DNA from: Priapulus caudatus
Lineage: Eukaryota
Assembly: GCF_000485595.1 (NCBI RefSeq)
Contig: NW_014577087.1
Span: 282,766 to 321,543 of the forward strand
Reading direction: 5' to 3'
Length of the DNA: 38,778 nt
Shown piece after piece: positions 10,908 through 21,407 of the stretch (its first letter is position 1; each line of letters opens with the position of its first letter). A program made the translations under genes and the position numbers. Below the pieces are notes generated by a model, which was not told where the DNA came from, made no database searches, and worked only from the letters and a program-made list of their open reading frames with translations.

Positions 10908-11048
10908 TAAGCGTTGGCTACAAGTACGGCGACTGCAACGAGGTGTTCTGGGACACACAGACGACAAGTCTGAGCGGCTACGACATCGAGATATCAGAGA
11001 TAGGCGAGTGGGACCTGGACGTACACCACAGATACAACGTCAGAGAGG
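10908..11048 (+). CDS. Ten-m: Teneurin exon 9
   Basis: cgtgcag acceptor, gtgagt donor, phase 1/1. VSVGYKYGDCNEVFWDTQTTSLSGYDIEISEIGEWDLDVHHRYNVRE. Confidence 0.94.
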
Positions 11049-11473
11049 GTGAGTGTGCGCTGCTCACTCGTCTTCAACTTCATGTGCCATCACAATAATA
11101 CGTTCATAATACGTTAAAAAAAATTTGTTCCTCACGCGTTTCCGCTCATGGGTAACATGAGTTCCACACGCGCGCTCACCAATAATCAGCAGCAGCGTTG
11201 TGCTAACAAGCAGAAGCTAGCCTGGCTAAGACTACACATTCAGTAGCACACCTGACAGTGATCAGCGGTTAGTGGGGCTCCTGCAATCTCTCACCTTACT
11301 AATTAATACATGCGTGTACCCCGCTAACGTTATCATCTCATCCATTTCATTCGAATTAATCTCGATAATTTGGTTCTTATTTAATTACGGTGATAGAATT
11401 AGAGATTACCTGCTGATAGTGGTGACCGCTGCGTGACTCTCCCGTCTTGCGTGATCTCATGTGACACTCACGT

Positions 11474-11842
11474 CAACATGTCCTGCTTGCATCTATGACA
11501 AGTACGACATACGCATATACGCTTTCCTATGACACTATTACGATAGTATTGTATAGGAAGATTCTTCCTACGACAAAATATTGGCGAGTCAACTTCGTTC
11601 CGCTTTACAACTGAAATTCACTGCTTGCGTTCATAATAATGCTCCTAAACCCCTATGCTGCGCACAACACATACAACAATATTTGTCATAGGAAGAATCT
11701 GCCTATGACAAATAGTGTCATAGGAGAGCGTATATGCGTATGTCGTATTTGTCATAGGAAGATTCTTCCTATGACAAATAGTGTCATAGGAGAGCGAATA
11801 TGCGTATGTCGTATTTGTCATAGATGCAAGCAGAACAGGCTG
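11474..11842. mobile_element. MITE-like element with long inverted termini and 7-8 bp flanking direct repeats
   Basis: Left end CAACATGTCCTGCTTGCATCTATGACAAGTACGACATACGCATATACGCT mirrors the right end AGCGAATATGCGTATGTCGTATTTGTCATAGATGCAAGCAGAACAGGCTG. CTCACGT(C) flanks both sides. There is an internal 66-bp tandem duplication. Confidence 0.75.
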
Positions 11843-12100
11843 CTCACGTCTCGCGTGACCGCTGCGTGACGGCTCCGTAACTCTCACGTCTTACGTGACC
11901 GCTGCCTGACGGCTCCGTAACTCTCACGTCTTACGTGATCGCTGCGTTACGGCTCCGTAACTCTCATGCCTCGCGTGATCGCTGCGTGACTGCTCCGTAA
12001 CTCTCGCATCTTGCGTGACCGCTCCGTAACACTCACGCCTCGCGTGATCGCTGCATGACGGCTCCGTAACGCATCTCGCGTGACGGCTGAGTAACGTAAC
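11843..12100 (+). repeat. Minisatellite, unit about 40 bp (CTCACGTCTTACGTGACCGCTGCGTGACGGCTCCGTAACT)
   Basis: About 6 copies, with a related partial unit at 11422-11474 on the other side of the MITE. Confidence 0.9.
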
Positions 12101-12170
12101 TCCACATCTACTACCCGGTACTCGCCGTGTAAGCGCGCGTGCTCACTCTCCCGCTGCGCCTACTCCTCAG

Positions 12171-12423
12171 GCATCCTGCACATGGGCGACGGCACGAACG
12201 TCTACCTGAAGGATCAGCCGCCGACTATTCACACGATGGTCGGTACGGGGCAGCGACGCAGCCTCGACTGCAGCTCCGGATGTTCCGGCTCGATGCACGA
12301 GACGACGATGATGGCGCCGACAGCGCTGGCGAGCGGCGCCGACGGCAGCATCTACGTCGGCGACTTCAACCTGGTGCGTCGCATCACGCCCGACGGTCAA
12401 GTGTTCACCATACTCGAGCTGAG
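12171..12423 (+). CDS. Ten-m: Teneurin exon 10: start of the NHL beta-propeller
   Basis: ctcctcag acceptor, gtgagt donor, phase 1/2. GILHMGDGTNVYLK...APTALASGADGSIYVGDFNLVRRITPDGQVFTILEL. Confidence 0.95.
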
Positions 12424-12725
12424 GTGAGTTGTACTATTCGCTATACACGAGCTGAGATGTAGGAAGAGCGTGTAAAGTCCGTAGGGGGGGGGGCATTTAG
12501 CGTGTATATTTCCGCCAGGGTTTATATGGTCTTGGCTGTAGTAATCGCTATACGCGAGTTGAGGTGTGCGTGCGTACGTGTGCGCGCGTGCGTGTGTGCG
12601 CACGTGCGTGAGTGAGTGTGCACGTACGCGTGCGTGTCGTTGTCGTGCATGCCACTTTTGCTAACCCCCTCCCCCGCCTCCTTTGTCGTTAACACCCCCT
12701 GACTCCGTGTGTTTTGTTGCCGCAG

Positions 12726-12961
12726 CACGGACAGCCTGCCGTACAACTACTACCTGGCCGTGCATCCGATCACCGGCGAGCTGTACCTGTCCAACCCGCA
12801 GACGCGCACCATCATCAAGATCAAGTCGCTGCGCAGCATCCGCAACGTGCGCGAGAACTTCGAGGTGGCCGTCGGCGACAAGATGCAGTGTCTGCCTGGC
12901 GACAAGGAGGAGTGCGGCGACGGCGGGCTGGCTATCAACGCCAAACTCAGCCGACCGAAAG
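12726..12961 (+). CDS. Ten-m: Teneurin exon 11 (NHL)
   Basis: gccgcag acceptor, gtaggc donor, phase 2/1. TDSLPYNYYLAVHPITGELYLSNPQ...QCLPGDKEECGDGGLAINAKLSRPK. Confidence 0.95.
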
Positions 12962-12974
12962 GTAGGCGGAGGAG

Positions 12975-13278
12975 ACGGTCGGAGGGGGGACACGCGGGGG
13001 AGAGGGTCGGAGGGTGGGGACACGCGGGGGAGAGGGTCGGAGGGTGAGGACACGCGGGGGAGAGGGTCGGAGGGTGAGGACACGCGGGGGAGAGGGTAGG
13101 AGGCTGAGGATACGCGGGGAGAGGGTCGGAGGCTGGGGACACGCGGGGGAGAGGGTCGGAGGCTGGGGACACGCGGGGGAGAGGGTCGGAGGCTGGGGAC
13201 ACGCGGGGGAGAGGGTCGAAGGCTGGGGACACGCGGGGGAGAAGGTCGGAGGCTGGGAACACGCGGGGGATGCGGGGG
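12975..13278 (+). repeat. G-rich 30-bp minisatellite (GGACACGCGGGGGAGAGGGTCGGAGGCTGG), about 10 copies
   Basis: Clear 30-bp period; noisy mirror at about 26015-26420. Confidence 0.95.
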
Positions 13279-13527
13279 ATGAACCTGGTGATACCCCATA
13301 ATGCAAACACCGAGCTATCTTGCTGAACTTTGACATGGATTAAATTACATATTAATAAATATTTTTTTTAGCTAAATAGACGTTAGGGTGTGATATTATA
13401 ATGTAGTCACATAATGGCGGAGTAATGCGTTTTTAATCTCGGTTTAGGTAGTAGGGTTGGTAGTCAATTCAGCAGTTATATTTAGATTTAAGTAGAAAAA
13501 ATCTACATTCGCGACCGTTCCTTAAAG

Positions 13528-13685
13528 GTTTGGCCTTCGACAAGAACGGTAACATGTACTTTGCGGACGGCATGACGATCCGCATGGTGAACAAGACTGA
13601 GCACATCAACACGATCGTCGGCAAGCGACAGTACTCCGGCAGCTGGAACCGCGTGCCCTGCAGCGGGCCCATCACGTTCAGCGAG
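13528..13685 (+). CDS. Ten-m: Teneurin exon 12 (NHL)
   Basis: cttaaag acceptor, gtaaac donor, phase 1/0. GLAFDKNGNMYFADGMTIRMVNKTEHINTIVG...WNRVPCSGPITFSE. Confidence 0.94.
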
Positions 13686-14009
13686 GTAAACGTACAGCAT
13701 TGGCTCCACAGAGATTCATCCGTCACAGAATCCGTCATTGCTAGAGTAGTTTATTCGTGGTCGTTATTTTCGTTATTCGCTATTCGTGATTCCTCATTCG
13801 TTATAATTAGCCGATAGTTGGATTTTTGCGGGGTATGTAAGTATATCTTTGACGGGCATCAACCGCTAACTAGCCGTTTCAGTGCAAATTCGTCGTTGCC
13901 GAAAACTAGGCGTTCATCAAGAATCGCGTAAAATGGTGCCACGCGTGTTTAGCTCTCGCATCGTTTCTGTTTTTCTTGGCGCAGTCTCCCTACGTGCGCA
14001 CAGCGGGGT

Positions 14010-14170
14010 TTCCCCCCATGCGCTTCAAAGCTTCCATATACATTTCCCCATTCTTATGGATTCCCCCACGCGAGCCGAGCTTCGAAGTTTCTCTATACAT
14101 TATCCCTTTCTTATGGATTCCCTCACGCGATCCGAGCTTCAAAGTTTCCCTATGCATTCCCCCTGTCTTA
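14010..14170 (+). repeat. Tandem repeat, unit about 58 bp, about 3 copies
   Basis: GCTTC(A/G)AAG..T(C/T)..TATACATT...TTCTTATGGATTCCC recurs. Confidence 0.75.
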
Positions 14171-14194
14171 TGCGTATCGCGACGTCGCTTGCAG

Positions 14195-14461
14195 GTTCAA
14201 TTCCAGTGGCCGACCAAAGTCGCCGTGAACCCGATCGACCGCAGCGTGTACATCACGGACGAGAACACCGTGTACATGCTCACGCCAGACGGCTACGTAA
14301 AGATCGTCGCCGGCACGCCGCTGCACTGTCAGTCGGAGGAGCATCAGCTGCCGACGAGCGGACAGGCGGACCGCATCGTGCTCGCACCGATCCGCGACAT
14401 GGCCTTCTCGCCCGCTGGCGACCTCTACATCGCCGAGACCGACGACCAGTTCGTGCACCAG
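14195..14461 (+). CDS. Ten-m: Teneurin exon 13 (NHL)
   Basis: cttgcag acceptor, gtgcgt donor, phase 0/0. VQFQWPTKVAVNPIDRSVYITDENTV...IVAGTPLHC...GDLYIAETDDQFVHQ. Confidence 0.94.
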
Positions 14462-14888
14462 GTGCGTGAGATCTCCAGCGAGAGAGGCGGGGCGACGCCG
14501 ACGGTTGTACGTGCGTGTGATGCGAGAGAGCGCGAAGGGTGGTTAGAGGCCATTGTGCTGTTCCTGCGCGGTAACTGTTATGGGGGAAGGAAAAATATCA
14601 AATACATGAAGTCGCCTAGTTATGGACGTCCGCACTTTCACGAATGGCTCTCCGTTAGTTCCAATATATGCGAACCCTGCCTATGAACTGCGAACCGCAT
14701 ATATAAACCTAACTGCAACTCAACCAACCAACAGAAATGTAGCCATAAATTAGTAACGTTTACCCTCCCCCCGCCGAGTGAAATGTTGGTAACTAACTAC
14801 GTTCGGGTGAGTGGATGAGGAGGAGAGACACCCCCGTGCGTTGTTAGCAGCGCTATTGCTAACGTTGATCCTTACCCTACCGTTACAG

Positions 14889-15121
14889 ATCAGAAAGGTG
14901 TCGACGGATGGAAAGATCTCCGTGTTCGCCGGCGGCCGCTCGCGCTGCAACTGTCAGGACACGACGTGCATGTGTTACAACATGGCCGACGCGAGCGCGC
15001 TCAACGCTGCAATCAACACGCCCAGCGCCATCACCATTACTCCCGACTCCAGCGTGCACGTAGCCGACCTCGGTAACCTGAGGATACGCTCCATCGCTAC
15101 GACCATACCAGCGCCGAACAA
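14889..15121 (+). CDS. Ten-m: Teneurin exon 14 (end of NHL)
   Basis: gttacag acceptor, gtgagt donor, phase 0/2. IRKVSTDGKISVFAGGRSRCNCQDTTCMCY...PSAITITPDSSVHVADLGNLRIRSI. Confidence 0.94.
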
Positions 15122-15199
15122 GTGAGTGCTCAGCACCGGGAATGCCACGAGAGGGGGTGGTAGCTGTATTGTGTACCGCATACCCTACACTACCCATAT

Positions 15200-15400
15200 G
15201 GTTGTTACAACGCACAAACACCGTGGTACAACTGAAACGCGTGTGTTCTAGAGAAAACTCTACCATTCGCCTATATGTTTGTTAGAAAACAAACACCGTG
15301 GGACAACTACAACGTGGGTGTTATAGGAGACATTTTACCCAGCACCCGTACGGTTGTTACAACACAAACGCCGTGGTACAACTACAACGTGGGTGTTTTA
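15200..15400 (+). repeat. Degenerate tandem repeat, 3 copies of ACAAACACCGTGGTACAACTACAACGTGGGTGTT
   Basis: Core motif at about 15214, 15289 and 15364. Confidence 0.75.
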
Positions 15401-15561
15401 TAGTATCCTCTAGCCTTTGCCTCAATGAGTCATTTACAGAGCAATCGTAGTGCTCATAAGTCATCATCAGAGTGATAAGTCTCAATAATTCATAGAACAA
15501 TAACCACGACACTGCTACTCTCATAAAAGTATAATGCACAGGCGTATCATAGACGCGCTAC

Positions 15562-15605
<44 letters not shown>

Positions 15606-15814
15606 CGCTTAAATATATCATAGTTCCCCAAACAATATACTTCGTGGTCGTCCACGCGGGCACGGAATCGTAATTTATCTTGATCGGGGAACAAACAGCG
15701 ATCAGAATGAATCTAGGATCACGCTAGTTGTGCGATGTCTCGCAGGCCTGCCGGCGCTATTCCCCGTGTCGATTCCCCCACTCCCACTGATGGTGTCCGT
15801 GTTTATGAATTCAG

Positions 15815-15992
15815 GAACCAGCTGTACGAGGTCTATCACCCGGAGACGCAGGAGATCTACGTATTCAATCGCTTCGGGCAGCATTACTTCACGAAGAACA
15901 TCATGACTGGCAAGGCGTTATACGTGTTCACCTACAACGTCAACTCCAGCTACGGCAAGCTGAGCAGGGTCACCGACAGCGGGCAGAATAAG
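15815..15992 (+). CDS. Ten-m: Teneurin exon 15 (start of YD shell)
   Basis: aattcag acceptor, gtaaat donor, phase 2/0. NQLYEVYHPETQEIYVFNRFGQHYFTKNIMTGKALYVFTYNVNSSYGKLSRVTDSGQNK. From memory, this resembles arthropod Ten-m. Confidence 0.94.
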
Positions 15993-16260
15993 GTAAATAG
16001 TAGGTAATTAAGGTAAATAGTAGGTAATTAAGGTAAATAGTAGGTAATTAAGGTCAATAGCAGGTCAGAATGAGGTAAATAGAAGGTAAATAAATAAGGT
16101 AAATAGCAGGTCAGAATAAGGTAAATAATACGTAAATAAATATGGTAAATAGCAGGACAGAATAAGGTAAATAATACGTAAATAAACAAGGTAAATAGCA
16201 GGTCAGAATAAGGAAAATAGTCGGTAAATAAATACGGCAAATAGCAGGTCAGAATAGGCA
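15984..16260 (+). repeat. Minisatellite built from the exon 15 donor (AAGGTAAATAG units)
   Basis: 20-bp unit AAGGTAAATAGTAGGTAATT three times, then ~46-bp units containing CAGAATAAGGTAAAT. Confidence 0.9.
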
Positions 16261-16541
16261 GGTGGTTCCTCGCGTACATAAACATGTCGCTTTATTACCA
16301 ATAGCAATAACATGAAACGTCTTATGCAGCCCCCATCTATCACATTGCTCTTGACAGTAAAATCGATGTAAAATAGGTACACGAACTAGTGAAAAAATGA
16401 CAGCAACTTATTAAAACTTAAAAGATACATTTACATCAGAATAAAATATTTTGAAATTTTATTTAACATCTAATATAATTTTGAAACGAAAACATGATAT
16501 GTTCAACATTTATTTTAAACAAACTATATATATATATATAT

Positions 16542-16572
<31 letters not shown>

Positions 16573-16678
16573 TTTGTTTATTTATATCACCCGAGCACAT
16601 TTTCACAAGGAGAGCGAGCGGTAGGTGATTAGTAAATCTTCGTGTTTACTTGAACGAAATGTTGCTTCTGCCATATAG

Positions 16679-16927
16679 GTGTCCATATACCGAGACTACA
16701 GCGGCACGGTGAACAGCATCGAGACGTCTAACGGGCAGCGGCTAGAGCTCGCACTCTCGCACATGGGCTACCTGAGCACTATCAAGGTCGGCAAGACGAC
16801 GATGGAGTTTACCTATGATGGCAACACGGGCCTGCTGACGGCCAAGTTCAGCTCTAACGGAGAGGTGTACTTCTACAAGCACGACGAGAATGGGCGTCTC
16901 AGCGAGGTGGTGCTGCCAACAGGAAAG
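16679..16927 (+). CDS. Ten-m: Teneurin exon 16 (YD repeats)
   Basis: catatag acceptor, gtgggt donor, phase 0/0. VSIYRDYSGTVNSIETSNGQ...FTYDGNTGLLTAKFSSNGEVYFYKHDENGRLSEVVLPTGK. Confidence 0.94.
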
Positions 16928-17326
16928 GTGGGTTCGCAGGTTGATGTGTGAATGTGTGTGTTGTGTATTAGTATCTGTTTCACGAATGCGCAAACATTCG
17001 CGACGCACACACGCACGCGTACGCACGGTCCCATGCACACACGTCACGCGCACGCACGCACGCACGCACGCACGCGCACGCACGCACGCACGCGCGCGCG
17101 CGTAACACGTGTTTCCTACTAATTTAGCCATTAATTTATTGTTTCAACTTTCCCGTTTGGGCTTGGAATTATAATATCGCGTTAAACAATGACGAATAAC
17201 CAAGAATGATTGGAGACGTGCTTCGTATCTTAACAATACGTCACGCATACACTTCAGCACGTCGGAAATACGCATCGACCTCACATGTAAACACGCTAAC
17301 CAATCGTAACTGCTGCGATGTTACAG

Positions 17327-17578
17327 CGGATTGTGCTGGAAAGTGACCTGGACAGACGTGGCTCGATAGTAACGCTGAAGAGGGACGATGAGGTGTCTGA
17401 AACAATCATCCTTGGCCCCAACAGCCTGGAGAAAACACAGGGAATACACGAGAGCAGAGTAGTGCTGCTTGAAGATCACTCCGTCGTCATGGAGACGCCG
17501 GGTAGCATCACAGTCACCATGGAAATGGGAAGCCACCCACTAATGGACAATCAGTATTCGGTTCCGGTCAAAAAGAAG
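17327..17578 (+). CDS. Ten-m: Teneurin exon 17
   Basis: gttacag acceptor, gtaagc donor, phase 0/0. RIVLESDLDRRGSIVTLKRDD...MEMGSHPLMDNQYSVPVKKK. Confidence 0.9.
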
Positions 17579-17662
17579 GTAAGCCATCAATCGATAGTTT
17601 GCCTGTTAGGGTGTAGACTGATAGCAAGGAGCCAGTGAGGGTGAAAGCCAGAGCACAGAGTC

Positions 17663-17663
<1 letters not shown>

Positions 17664-17716
<53 letters not shown>

Positions 17717-17789
17717 AGGGGAGAGACAAGGGGAGAGAGAGAAAGAAGGAGAGGGAGGAGGGGAGGAGGAGACTGAAGGAGGAATGTAG

Positions 17790-17829
<40 letters not shown>

Positions 17830-17848
17830 ACCCACACACACACACACA

Positions 17849-17879
<31 letters not shown>

Positions 17880-17976
17880 CCACACAACACACACATTCAC
17901 TACCACGCACGCACGCAACAGCCGCACGCACGGCAACGCACGCACACACACACACAACACACACACACACACACAC
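17664..17976 (+). repeat. (GA)n and (CA)n microsatellites
   Basis: Direct inspection; mirrored at about 21200-21620. Confidence 0.93.
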
Positions 17977-18124
17977 AGTCTACAGCCGTCCCATTATTTC
18001 CTTTATAGTGGTTGACATACTCTTCCCCTATACGACACTTTCTGTTAGTGATGCCCTTCGAAATGTGCTGCTGGGTAGTGTACTGATCATGAGCTGTGCG
18101 TACATTAGTGCATTTCTGTGGCAG

Positions 18125-18232
18125 GTGACGATTGGACACGATCAGCACAACCGGATCGAATGGCGTTACTACCTGCGCAGAGATGCCAAGGGTTCCAGTC
18201 AGGACGTGGGGCAGATTGGCCGTAGACTCAAG
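18125..18232 (+). CDS. Ten-m: Teneurin exon 18
   Basis: gtggcag acceptor, gtgagt donor, phase 0/0. VTIGHDQHNRIEWRYYLRRDAKGSSQDVGQIGRRLK, containing the conserved N-x-I-E-W-R and G-R-x-L motifs. Confidence 0.92.
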
Positions 18233-18828
18233 GTGAGTTCTCACAAACCCTCTTTTTCTTCATCTCTTCTTTCTTCTTCTAACGCTCTGTTGCTTCACTC
18301 TGAAAGTATTTACAATGCAAACATGTTCGCATGATTTACCATGTGAAAATATTGCATCGTGATATATCGAGAAATATGCATCATGATGGAAAAATGAAAT
18401 CTATGATGATTATTTTAATACGATAAATTGAAACGTAAGATTGAATGCGAAACGAATTCAGTTGTTATCACACATGTCCGAGGATACATGGCGACCATAA
18501 CCAGTGTCCCGTCATCACAAACATCAACAAATTTGGTTTGACTATGATTGTATAAATTACCCAACTTTTTTTTTAAACAAACATTTTGTCGTAAACAAAT
18601 AGAACTATCATGAATGTAATATGCCATAACTTGCCGCACTTTACTTAGCGGTATGACATTTTAGACTCATGATATTCATAACTATTTGTGACGCTTCTGA
18701 CAACGGCTCCCTAGAACCTTTCATCAATGTCACAATCACTTAAATTCGGTAATCCTATTGCACCTTACCGAATTACGTCGCCTTTAATCTATTTAACATT
18801 TAATTAATTGCCACTCGATTAATTGCAG

Positions 18829-19134
18829 CAAAATGGCGACAGCATGCTAACGGTGGAGTTCGATCGCGAGACGGGCAACGAGACACTGTTCAACAAGGAG
18901 CAGGAGCAGTTGCTGACGATCAAGTACAACCAGGCTGGCCAGCCCGTGTCTCTGCTGCCGACGCATGCAGACTGGGAGCCTGTAATCCTCTCCTACAACT
19001 CTGCGGGGCGGCTCGAGGAGTGGCGGCACGGCAACGTCTACGAGGAGTACAACTACGACCGCACGGGTCGTCTGCTGCTGGTGCGCTACAGCGGCAATGA
19101 AGAACTCGCCTACACCTACGGCGACAACGTGCAG
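18829..19134 (+). CDS. Ten-m: Teneurin exon 19 (YD repeats)
   Basis: attgcag acceptor, gtagcg donor, phase 0/0. QNGDSMLTVEFDRETGNE...YNQAGQPVSLLP...YNSAGRLEEWRHG...YNYDRTGRLLLVRY...YTYGDNVQ. Confidence 0.94.
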
Positions 19135-19172
19135 GTAGCGTCAGAATTGGGGTTTCTTACCACTATGTTCAA

Positions 19173-19238
19173 TGTTTATGTTTATGTTTATGTTTATGTT
19201 TATGTTTATGTTTACGTTTACGTTTATGTTCATGTTTA
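19173..19238 (+). repeat. (GTTTAT/GTTTAC)n hexanucleotide repeat at a rearrangement junction
   Basis: Same repeat at 38111-38170 and, inverted, at 19828-19920. Confidence 0.93.
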
Positions 19239-21282
19239 GGTCGTACACACCCCCCAGCATGAAGACAAGCGTGTCACCGCCGTCCTCGGCTTTACCACCC
19301 CGGCTCTCACCTGTACACGTCATCTCGGTCGTCCTCAGCCCGACGTGCCTGTAGTCGCGGTCATCTCGCGTCGTAACTCCATGACTCATCTGATGCAGGA
19401 CTTCACAGGCCTCGTGCGGTCGTCGTAGTCGTACTTAATCAGCCGTGCTGTCGAATGCGATCTCGGCGCAGCAGCGCGTGGTCGTCGTAGGCGATGCAGT
19501 AGCGGGCCTTGGTTGCATCGGTAGACGGGCGGCAGCAGCCGACCGGTCGCTTGTCGTAGTCCTAGTATGAAACGACGTCGGAACTGCGGTGCCGCGTGGT
19601 AAGAGCTCTGCGCAAGGTTAAGCCGAGCGAGTAGCAGCAGCTGGTAGCTGTGCACGGCGCGCGTTGCATCGGTGACCTGACGGCCAGGTTGCCCTCGCTG
19701 CGTCGTTAGCTGCAGCTGCTACTAGCTCGCCGCCAGGTAGCCGTACCTTGACGGGCTGTCAGAAACGGAGAGAGAAGTGACGATTAGGTTAAACGTAAAC
19801 ATAGAATTCGACGTAAATATAGGCATTAAACATAAACATAAACATAAACATAAACATGAACATGAACATAAACATAACGCTAAACATAAACCATAAACAT
19901 AAAACAGAAACAGAAACAGAAATATGCAAGAATACCCAATTTGACGCATACCTGCACTAGTGTCGCCGTTAAGGTGTAGGCGCAGTTCTTCATTGCGCGC
20001 TGGTAGGGCACCAGCAGCAGACGACCCGTCGCGGTCGTAGTTGTACTCCTCATGAGACGTTGCCCGCGCGCACTCCTGTCGACCGTCCCCGCAGTGTTGT
20101 AGGAAAGAATACAGCTCCCAGTCTGCGCATGCGGTCGGCCAAGATGAGACACGGGCCTGGCCAACCTGCGTGTACTTGAGTCGTCAGCAAGCTGCTGCGC
20201 GTCTCCTTTGTCTGAACAGGTCTCGTTGCCCGCTCCTCGCGATCACGAACTCCACCTTTACCGCATGCTGTGTCCGCCAATTTTGCTGCAATTAATCGAG
20301 TGGCAATTAATTAAATGTTAAATAGATTAAAGGCGGCCGAAATTCGTCGTTAGCGTGCAATAGCGTATATACCCGAATTTAAAGTGATCTTGACATTGAT
20401 GAAAGGTTCTATGGGAGCGTTGTCACGAAGCGTCACAAATAGTTATTGAATCATGAGTCTAATAATGTCATACCGCTAAGTCAATGTGCGGCAATTATGG
20501 CATTATTCTTCATGATAGTTTCTAACTGTTTACGAACAAATGTTGTTTTAAAAAAAAAGTTGGGTAATTTATACAATCATCAGTAAACCAAATTTGTTGA
20601 GTGTTGCTGATGACGGGACACTGGTTATGGTCGCCGATGTATCTCCCACATGTGGGATCAAGCAACTGACTTCGTTTCGGCATTCAATCTTACGTTTCAA
20701 ATACAAAAATTTATCGTATAAAATAACTCATCATAGATTTCATTTTTCCATCATGATGCCATTACTTTCTCGCATTATCACGATGCAATATTTTCCACAT
20801 GGTAACAATTCATCGAACCATGCTTTTGCATTGTAAATACCTGTTCACGAGTGAAGCAACAGACGGTTCCAGAATGAAGAAAAGAAGAGCATGAAGAAAA
20901 AGCAGGGTTTGTCGAGAACTCACCTTGAGTCTACGGCCATCTTGCCCCACGTCTGACTGGAACCCGCTGCATCTCTGCGCATGGTAGTAACGCCATCTCG
21001 ATCCGGTTGCTGCTGCATCCGTTGTCCAATCGGTCACCTGCCACAGAAAATGCACTAATGTACCCAACATGCCTCATGGCTCAGTACCCCTACCCAGCAG
21101 CACATTCAAGGGCATCACTATACTTAGAAAGGTCGTATCAGGAGAAAGCATATGTCAAAACACACTATAAAAAGAAATAATGGGACGCGCTTAGACTGTT
21201 GTGCTGGTGTGTGTGTGTGTGGTGTGTGTGTCGTGTGTGTGTGTGGTGCGTGCGTGCGTGCTGGCGTGTCGTGGTGTCGATG

Positions 21283-21337
<55 letters not shown>

Positions 21338-21356
21338 GGGGGGGTGTGAGTGTGTG

Positions 21357-21407
<51 letters not shown>

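Noticed and set aside
11843..13278. Regularly spaced repeats resembling a CRISPR array
   Set aside because: Head-to-tail tandem units without unique spacers, no cas genes, and located in spliceosomal introns.
12661..13336. Pro-rich repetitive ORFs up to 212 aa (mirrored at 25983-26569)
   Set aside because: Open only because the 30-bp minisatellite lacks stop codons.
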